Source: Octopus sinensis
Taxonomy: Eukaryota
Assembly (NCBI RefSeq): GCF_006345805.1
Contig: NW_021825154.1
Span: 1 to 16,501 of the forward strand
DNA: 16,501 nt
Direction: 5' to 3'
Both the position numbers and the translations under genes were made by a program. The stretch's first letter is position 1. Each line of letters starts with the position of its first letter. This document shows, one piece after another, positions 8,711 through 16,501 of this stretch. A model generated the notes under the pieces. The model had not been told where the DNA came from. It was given only the letters and a program-made list of their open reading frames with translations, and made no database searches.

Positions 8711-9284
8711 TATGTAGGATATCCATACTTTTCAAATATGAAACGTTTATACAAGAAACGAATAATTCTTTAATACGGTCCTTCTCGATCTACTTCTAAA
8801 TCCACCGCAATCAAAGCCGCATTTAAAACCTTACCCTCCACCCCACTATGTATATCTAAAAAAGAGACACAATTCATGATTAGATCAATATGCTCCACAT
8901 TCTATAGCTTTAAAAATTATAGATGAGTATTTAATGCAAATTATAGAAAACGAATATTTTCTAAATATTATCGAAGATAGGACTTCATTTCTATATATTT
9001 CTTACATGTAAAACTTTATTATTTTATGAATTTAAGCTTACGGTGAGGGTGGTGATAGGATTATTCATGGGGGTAAAGATAATACTTATGAATATATGAA
9101 TTATTAATAGAAACCACTGCAATATGTAGGCTTATTATATATATATATATTCTTTTATCCAAATGACCAACGAAGAATATATATTTCGATATTCATTATA
9201 CTTATTTACTGCGGCATACATCAATCAATCAATAGTTATGTACGTTAAAACTTCTGGAATTCTACTTTCCCATGGAAGACACAC

Positions 9285-9287
9285 ACG

Positions 9288-9319
<32 letters not shown>

Positions 9320-9338
9320 AATGTATATATATATATAA

Positions 9339-9384
<46 letters not shown>

Positions 9385-9487
9385 GTATATGTGTCTATGT
9401 GCATGCATGTGTGGGAGTCTTGCCTGCAAGTATATATGTATATGTGTATATATATATATATATATAATATATATATATATACATACA

Positions 9488-9521
<34 letters not shown>

Positions 9522-9522
9522 A
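9285..9522. repeat. (CA)n/(TA)n/(CATA)n region
   Basis: Direct reading. Confidence 0.9.
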
Positions 9523-9707
9523 CTATAATTTTCTTTTGACAACCATAGCGTAGAAGAGCTCAAGTCGAAGCCGAGACGCTAGACAAGTATAATGTCAGAT
9601 CATCCCACAAGTTCTGTCCGATTCTACCTGTTTTAAAAATCGAATGACGATTCAGTTGATAAGGAAACTAAAAGTGGAGAGAGAAGTGCCTGCTAGCCGC
9701 CTTAATG

Positions 9708-9802
<95 letters not shown>

Positions 9803-9816
9803 AAGAAGAAGAAGAA
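9708..9816. repeat. Compound (AAT)n-(AAG)n
   Basis: Direct reading. Confidence 0.97.
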
Positions 9817-9821
9817 TGACA

Positions 9822-10199
9822 AATGATCACATCTCACTCCTCTGGAACTTCACCATTCTTATATGACAGACAGATAGATGCAAATAGGCCACACATTTTA
9901 TTGAAAGTCTTCAGACAAAAAACATGCTTCCTCATTGATATGACTGTCCCAATCGATATAAACGTATCTGTCAAGACCTACCAAAAACTGAACAAGTATA
10001 AAGATCTTGAAATAGATATTAGCAAAATATGGAACCTGAAGACTAAAACAATACCTGTTGTCATAGGTGTCCTGAGAATGATAGAAAAATGGGTGATTGC
10101 TACATCGCACAGATACTAGGAAAACCCAAAATGGCAAAAATTCAAAAGATAGTGCTCATGGGAACTGCCCATATCCCACGCAAAATACTTTCTTTGTAA
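9822..10199 (+). pseudogene. Restriction-like endonuclease domain, two frameshifts
   Basis: NDHISLLWNFTI / DRQIDANRPHILLK...CFLIDMTVPIDINVSVKTYQKLNKYKDLEIDISKIWNLKTKTIPVVIG / GDCYIAQILGKPKMAKIQKIVLMGTAHIPRKILSL*; the catalytic PD reads PH; shifts near 9860 and 10090. Confidence 0.85.
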
Positions 10200-10392
10200 T
10201 CTCAAGTTTTAAAACAAACATATAATTTTCTTATGGTTTCTTAAGCATTCTCTAGAACAACACTGTGTACAAAATCAAATATATGGCATCCTAGGCATAA
10301 CACAAATATCAATTTCTAACTCGCTGTCTCTTGAGGTCACTGGGTGAGACTTGCAGCCAACTTGTACAAATGTAAAGCAAAAGTCAAACATA
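9822..10392 (+). mobile_element. 5'-truncated R4/Dong-like non-LTR retrotransposon 3' end
   Basis: Restriction-like endonuclease coding remnant followed by ~190 bp putative UTR ending at (TAA)n. Confidence 0.75.
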
Positions 10393-10415
10393 AAATAATA
10401 ATAATAATAATAGTA

Positions 10416-10626
10416 ATGATTTCAAATTCTTGCCAGAAGGGCAGCTTGGGTAAGGTGGAATCGATTACATCGACCCCAGTGTTCAACTCGTACTTATCTT
10501 ATCGATCCCGAAAGGATGAAAAGCGAAGTCGACTACGGTAGAATTTGAACTCAGAACGTAACGACGTGCGAAATACCATTAAGCATTTCGTCCAGCGCGC
10601 TAACGATACTGCCAACTCGCCGCCTT
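10416..10626 (-). mobile_element. SINE family A copy with terminal tail, embedded in (AAT)n
   Basis: Minus strand aaggcggcgagttggcag head through gatcgataagataagtacg core to ctggcaagaatttgaaatc; AAT repeats on both sides. Confidence 0.9.
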
Positions 10627-10654
10627 AATAATAACAATAGTAATAATAACAATG

Positions 10655-10705
<51 letters not shown>

Positions 10706-10763
10706 TAATAATAATAATATAATAATAATAATAGCAATAATAATAATAATAATAGTAATAATA

Positions 10764-10795
<32 letters not shown>

Positions 10796-10796
10796 A
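10627..10796. repeat. Compound (AAT)n-(GAT)n
   Basis: Direct reading. Confidence 0.95.
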
Positions 10797-11344
10797 AAAT
10801 TATTTTCTAAATACTGTAACTGATTTCCATATTAATGCTGATACTGGTGAACACGAGTGGCTGGTGCTGCTGCTTTTGGTCTTCATAATGGTGATGATGA
10901 TGAAGGATGTAACAATGGTCATGATGTGAATAATAATAACCATGATGATGATGATGACTAAATAATAGCGAAGGTATATAATTAACCATAATAGCTAAGG
11001 CTGCATAAACTCTAGCAGTGGTAGAGCCAGATATTAATTTGCATAAGTTAATTAGCCAATAGTGTATTGAATGTTACCTGCCATATATGCTATTAATCAC
11101 GGGGCTATAAAAGCTGCCTCTGTGATTGTACTGGAAATTACTATTCATTAGTATATTTGTATTATGACTAAAGCGTTTAGACTGTTGTATATATGAAGTT
11201 AATGTGTAGATAGATTGATATACACAATTATGGGTTTTGAATAGTGCATTGGTAATGGTCCGAGGCTTAAAGATATATATATGAGAAGGAAAATGCACAC
11301 ACTTTACATAGTTTTAATATTTTAAATATATCTTGTATTGTGTT

Positions 11345-11377
11345 TGTCGACCGGTTTCGCTTTTGCTATTCATGACA
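11345..11377 (-). ncRNA. Decayed minimal hammerhead-like motif
   Basis: UGUC-AUGAAUA-GC(AAAA)GC-GAA-ACCGGU-C-GACA; stems and GUC intact, two core changes. Confidence 0.4.
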
Positions 11378-11546
11378 TCAAAATTTATTTAAATACGTAT
11401 TTTCTTAAGAAGAAGTTTGTTGCCCCATGTTGTGTGTGAAATTTGTGAGTGAATGAGTCAACAAGTAAAGAAATATAAGGAGAGGTAATTGGTTATCGTT
11501 ATTATTATGGGCAGGGAAGAAAACTGCTCAGCTTCGGTAGCGTGGG

Positions 11547-11547
<1 letters not shown>

Positions 11548-11590
<43 letters not shown>

Positions 11591-11600
11591 TATATATATA
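11548..11600. repeat. (TA)n
   Basis: Direct reading. Confidence 0.95.
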
Positions 11601-11828
11601 CAAAAAAATTCTAATACTAGATTAGTGGGGTGAAATATGTACTGTGATGGGTATGTAATCGTGAATTAAAATATGTAAGGAGATCATAGTTGGTTATGCT
11701 TCATATTTAGGCGCGTTCTGTATTTTTCGAATATATGCATGTATATATATATATATATATATATTATATATGCGAATATATATATATACATATATATTCG
11801 CATATATATATATGTGTATGTATATGAA

Positions 11829-12047
11829 CGTGCTTACGTCTTTCAAAATGTGACCTCGTGTGTACCGTTCGCGATTTTTTCCTCTGTCTTCCCTTCTCGG
11901 GATCTTTCCTTCTCCTATGTTTCCGACGAAGAGCTCCGTTCGAAACGTTAAACCCCCCTTGTTCCCTTCTTTCCTGAGCGTCCAATAATACTATATTTGT
12001 TCCACGTCCTCACGTTGTTGTATTTTTTTGTGTTTTCTTGTTTGGAT

Positions 12048-12055
<8 letters not shown>
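11829..12055 (+). mobile_element. Short Penelope-associated non-autonomous element between two (TA)n tracts
   Basis: Hammerhead-like motif at 11919-11953, then gagcgtc...ttgttc...aactatatat; TA tracts at 11740-11825 and 12051-12087. Confidence 0.55.
11919..11953 (+). ncRNA. Minimal type I hammerhead-like motif
   Basis: GUUU-CCGACGA-A-GAGC(UCC)GUUC-GAA-ACGU-U-AAAC; U4 replaced by C. Confidence 0.55.
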
Positions 12056-12087
<32 letters not shown>

Positions 12088-12111
12088 AACGTATACATTC
12101 CATAATTGAAG

Positions 12112-12149
12112 ATCCAGCAAGCAACAGAACCATGGATTCAAAATGATGG
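12112..12149 (+). CDS. Weak candidate exon (IQQATEPWIQND+gg)
   Basis: Strong donor TGG|gtgagt but a poor pyrimidine tract. Confidence 0.12.
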
Positions 12150-12819
12150 GTGAGTCTCACGTCCTATCCACCGAAAGAGTTGGCTGAGAGCCGAGGTATT
12201 TTGAAATATAGAAGGGTACTACTTGAATTCGTTTTGAAATACGAAGTGAAAGTAAACAAAAAGCCACTAAGCTTAGAATATACACCCGACAAACACAAAG
12301 ACAGGGATTGTGTTAGCCTGTTGCTGCACAGAAATCCCTAATACAAGGCGAATACACGGGAGAAGAATACTCAGAGGGAAAAATAAAGGAGAACGTCAGA
12401 AAAAAAAAATTCTATCACTCATTCCATTCATAAAAAAGAACAGAAAAATGAGGAAACTGATTAATTTCAGCTCTGTAATCACTTTAGAAGGACTATTTAA
12501 AAGATATAAAGCATAAAAATAAATATTTTAATATCTTGAATTAATATCTAGAATTCATTTGTGCTGATCAAGCTTAATAAAACCGAAATCGGGCCATACA
12601 CAGATATTCTGGTTATAATAAACGATCTTGTATGATTAACCATGGATGGCCCTCTCTTCTCTTTCCTTCCACTGAGAGAGAAAATATCAAACATTTTAAC
12701 TTAAAAAATTAGGAAAAAAAATGTAAAAGTGATTCTCTCCGCTGAAGTACATACATTCTTCATTCATTCCACGTTCCCTCCCTCTTACTGCCATAAGCGC
12801 ACATCCAGTAAGCAACAAA

Positions 12820-13190
12820 TAATTATATATATATATATAATATGTATATATATGCATGTACATGTATATATATATAATGTAATATATTATATAATATATA
12901 TATATATATATATACATATATATATACACATATATATATACACACATATATATATATATATACATATATATTATACTTATATATATATGTATATATATAT
13001 ATATATGTATACATATATGAACATGCTTATCAAAATTTATTTGCTTCATACTAACATGTATGAAGCATGTATATGTATACACCCACATATATACAACACT
13101 TACATGTATATGTATAACACACCACACACACACATACATAATATATATATATATATATATACATAGTACATGTATATATATAATATATAG

Positions 13191-13251
<61 letters not shown>

Positions 13252-13255
13252 CTAC
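12820..13255. repeat. Long degenerate (TA)n/(CA)n region
   Basis: Direct reading. Confidence 0.9.
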
Positions 13256-13390
13256 GCTGCATAATATGAATCTGCAATATGAGTCAAATAACTTAAACAA
13301 ACAAAAAAAATTAATTGGCTACAGATAATGTAGAAAATCAAACTATCTTATCTTTTCTTTTACACACTACTGTTTTTCATTCTCTTCAAG

Positions 13391-13499
13391 CAGAAACGAA
13401 CTCTGTGATATTCCATTTACTAAACTAAATGCAATTCAGAAGAAAATCAGCCAAATCAAGGCTATAGAAACGATACGTTTAGAAATAAAGAAGTTTTAA
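13391..13499 (+). CDS. Weak candidate terminal exon (c+RNELCDIPFTKLNAIQKKISQIKAIETIRLEIKKF*)
   Basis: Long pyrimidine tract ending tctcttcaag; 35 open codons. Confidence 0.18.
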
Positions 13500-13986
13500 T
13501 GCGAAGATATTATCGAATATTTAGCCTCGCTTTCATTCTGCATTTGATAATAAGTCTAAGAACTATACTCTGGTGATTACACAGATAAATATGCTCAGAG
13601 CTGTGCTTAATTATGCTTCAGATTATAAGACATCAAAAGGAGAATGCATCGTAAAAGATAGCCGATATCTTCTTATCGCAGTTCACGTAGATATAGATAT
13701 TAAATAGATTTTGATACTACTATTACCTCAGAAGCATGTGTCTGTGAGTATAAATGCATTCATTGCGTATGAATATGGAAGGAGGCGTGTGTGTGTGTGT
13801 GAGAGAAGTTGTGTATTCATGTGCGGGCGCGTGTATTTATTGTTATAGAACATATGTACTTGCATACATTAGGATATTTTTCCTGATTCTTCTAACATGA
13901 AACCAATGGTAGCCTTAATTTATAAATAAAGAAATTATATCCACCAATGCGGTTTAGAGCACACATTTTTATCGTTCGACATTTAC

Positions 13987-13989
13987 GTA

Positions 13990-14021
<32 letters not shown>

Positions 14022-14488
14022 AGCATGTATGTGTGTGTATGTATGTGTGTATGTGTGTGTGTATGTGTGTATGTATGTGTATATATGTATGTATATATGT
14101 ATGTGTCTATGTATGTATATATATGTATGTATGTATGTGTGTATGTATGTATGTATGTATATATGTATGTGTGCATGTATGTATGTATGTATGAATGTGT
14201 GTATGTATGTGTGCATATATGTATGTATGTATATAGGTATGTATGTATGTATGTGTGTATGTATGTATATATGTATGTGTGTATGTATATAGGTACGTAT
14301 ATATGTGTATATGTATGTGTGTATGTATGTATGTATGTATGTTTCTATGTATCTATGTGTGTATGTATGTATGTATGTATGTATGTTTGTATGTATGTAT
14401 GTATGCATGTATGTAGTATGTATGTGTGTATGTATGTATGTATGTATGTACGTATGTATGTATGTATGTACGTATGTATGTGTGTATG
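13987..14488. repeat. ~500-bp degenerate (TATG)n/(TG)n array
   Basis: Direct reading; source of the MYVC/HTYI ORFs. Confidence 0.97.
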
Positions 14489-14614
14489 TAACAGAGTTAC
14501 TGATTGATAAGAGATTATTAATCTGGGCAAAAAATGTCTAACCTCTCCGTTTGCACATCAATTTAAGAGATAAGGAGAAAATATGTAATGACCATTATTT
14601 ATAGCTTGTCTCAT

Positions 14615-14631
14615 ATACATACACGTGTGTG

Positions 14632-14672
<41 letters not shown>
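14615..14672. repeat. (GT)n
   Basis: Direct reading. Confidence 0.95.
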
Positions 14673-14674
<2 letters not shown>

Positions 14675-15087
14675 CTGTGTAGTTTATAAATAGTCCAGAA
14701 GCACGAGGAGCGAATGTATTTATTTCACCAGTTGGTATCCGTAGGATGACGGCCATTTTGCAACCTTCCTTGTGTAATAATTTTAGTGTATAATAAATTA
14801 TTTTGCCTGTCTGCACCAATATGCATATTATACATTACACAATACAGTTGTGCATTTACAAATCAATGCAGATATAGTAGGCCCGCTCTTCAGATCAAGA
14901 AAACACCATGGTTACATCAGTTTTTCTACTCTGCTCAAAACATATGAAAACAATCTTTATAGAGACAATGTATGGACGACCGATATCATTGATGAGATTT
15001 ACTACAGAGTAGAGAGAGCAAAAAAAGGAGGTTTAATATGATGTTGAAAGGAAATGATGAATAGTGATGATAGAGATCACAATACAG

Positions 15088-15268
15088 AATGTGTGTGCGT
15101 GTGTGTGTACGTGTGTGAGAGAGTGAGATAGAGAGGGAGGCACGTAGACTGCTGTTCATAAAATCGAAAGAAAGTAATAGAGGGAGAAATGTATGTGTAT
15201 ATGTGTGTGTGGGTGTGTGTGTGGGTGGGTGCGTGTGTGTGTATGTACGTAAGTTTGTATGTATTATG

Positions 15269-15300
<32 letters not shown>

Positions 15301-15460
15301 TATGTGTTTGTGTATATATATATACATATATATGTATACATATATAAATATATATATAAATAAATATACATGTATATATATATAACATATATATACGTAT
15401 ATATAAGTATATATATATATATATATGTATGTATGTGTGTGTGTGTATGCATGTATGTAC
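15088..15460. repeat. (GT)n/(GA)n/(TA)n region
   Basis: Direct reading. Confidence 0.9.
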
Positions 15461-15966
15461 AATTTAAAATAAAAAAAGGGAGAAAAATTGAATATTATTT
15501 TAATTAATATCAATTTAAAAGCATGGTTAGTAATATAAGCTTGTTATCTCGATATTCATAGGTATAAATATATAATATTACAGGCTTCCCAATATGGAAG
15601 TCGCTACTTTTATCTCTTTCCTCTACGAAAGCCTTATTGTATATCTTATTCCTCTCCTTTCTCCTCGGCTACCGTTTTCTTGATGATTATATCCATTTTA
15701 CATGCGCCGTAAACTGCAATTCCCCTACATTTATAGCAGCTCTCATTTATCTCGTACCCAGATAATATAATTAACGATATTCTTTACGCTCATAGAAATT
15801 TTGGTTCATTATGAGATTCTTGTCCTATTAATTTTAAATGGAATAAATTTTGATTACTCAACGCGTGAAGATAGAGAGTTATCAGAGTGAAGCCTAAAGT
15901 GAAAAATAAATTTTTCTTCTGCTTTAATCCCCATATGCATTCATTGAAAATTGTTTCTTTCATTCT

Positions 15967-16501
15967 GTGTGCCAGACTGCCCCATTCTCCACAAAATCTA
16001 CACTGCTTGTCTTCTATCAAAACCCATCTGTGCGGGTTTGTTGGCGTTGGGTGTGTGTCACACATCCGTCGCAGCAGGAAGGAAATGCGAAGAGGTTCCA
16101 ACCTCCACAAGCCAGTCCATTTAGTCCTTGCACCCTGAGATACCAACTCTACAGCTTTTTATTTTCTTCTTTCTTCCTCCTGGTACCGCACCGCTTCCTG
16201 GGTCATAGCCCGCCTCTCCCTGATGTCTGTTTTCTCCCATTCTTGGAAATAGGAAGAACCAAAATCCTGGCGGCTCCTGCATGTAACTCCAACGATGTTG
16301 TGTAGCTCCAGTAGGCCGTTAGCCTGACCGATTGTGGTGCTAGCTATCCACTTTCACGCAACCTTGTAGTAATACCCGTATGCCTGACAAGCTTCTCCTT
16401 TGAGTCTCTGTACATCATTACAGCATTTCGTTTTGCTACTTTAAATTCTTCCGCTATGGATGAGAGGGGAAGTTGCAGCCGTCCCGATCTTATGTACAGA
16501 C
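15967..16501 (-). mobile_element. HERO/NeSL-like non-LTR retrotransposon fragment (pseudogenised post-RT region and partial zinc knuckle)
   Basis: LYIRSGRLQLPLSSIAEEFKVAKRNAVMMYRDS... / KWIAS...NIVGVTCRSRQDFG...EEERRK*KAVELVSQGARTKW..LWRLEPLRISFLLR..DTHPTPTNPHRW..EDKQCRFCGEWGSLAH; frameshift near 16355, stop at 16159-16161; runs off the window end. Confidence 0.8.

Noticed and set aside
8825-9080. Possible MITE-like inverted ends (ccttaccctccacc / ggtgagggtggtg)
   Set aside because: Match too short and imperfect, no TSD
10807-10989. His-rich minus-strand ORF
   Set aside because: Decayed (GAT)n/(GCT)n trinucleotide repeat
12560-12598. UGUG-CUGAUCA-...CC-GAA-AUCGGG-C-CAUA, possible seventh hammerhead
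   Set aside because: G8 and U16.1 are both wrong and stem II does not pair; too degenerate to support
14695-14793. PEARGANVFISPVGIRRMTAIL, serpin-like NVFxSP
   Set aside because: Short match, lacks the following SI..AL pattern, no credible splice sites

Overview
AT-rich, microsatellite-dense metazoan genomic DNA, most likely octopus or another coleoid cephalopod (inferred from the SINE types and repeat landscape). No complete protein-coding gene is supported. The window holds: fragments of three non-LTR retrotransposon clades (a CR1/L2-group 3' end at ~389-830, an R4/Dong-like restriction-like endonuclease tail at 9822-10199, and a HERO/NeSL-like fragment at 15967-16501); about 13 copies or fragments of three tRNA-derived SINE families (my labels A, B and C); and many simple repeats. 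Most listed ORFs are microsatellite read-through. The most notable hidden signal is six type I hammerhead-ribozyme-like motifs of the Penelope-associated kind. Most lie in short non-coding elements that read towards a (TA)n tract. They include a 119-bp-arm inverted repeat with a hammerhead in each arm (one with an intact core and GUC site) and a hammerhead whose stem II carries an 83-nt insert. A few weak candidate exons of a + strand host gene are flagged at low confidence. All folds and alignments were done by eye.
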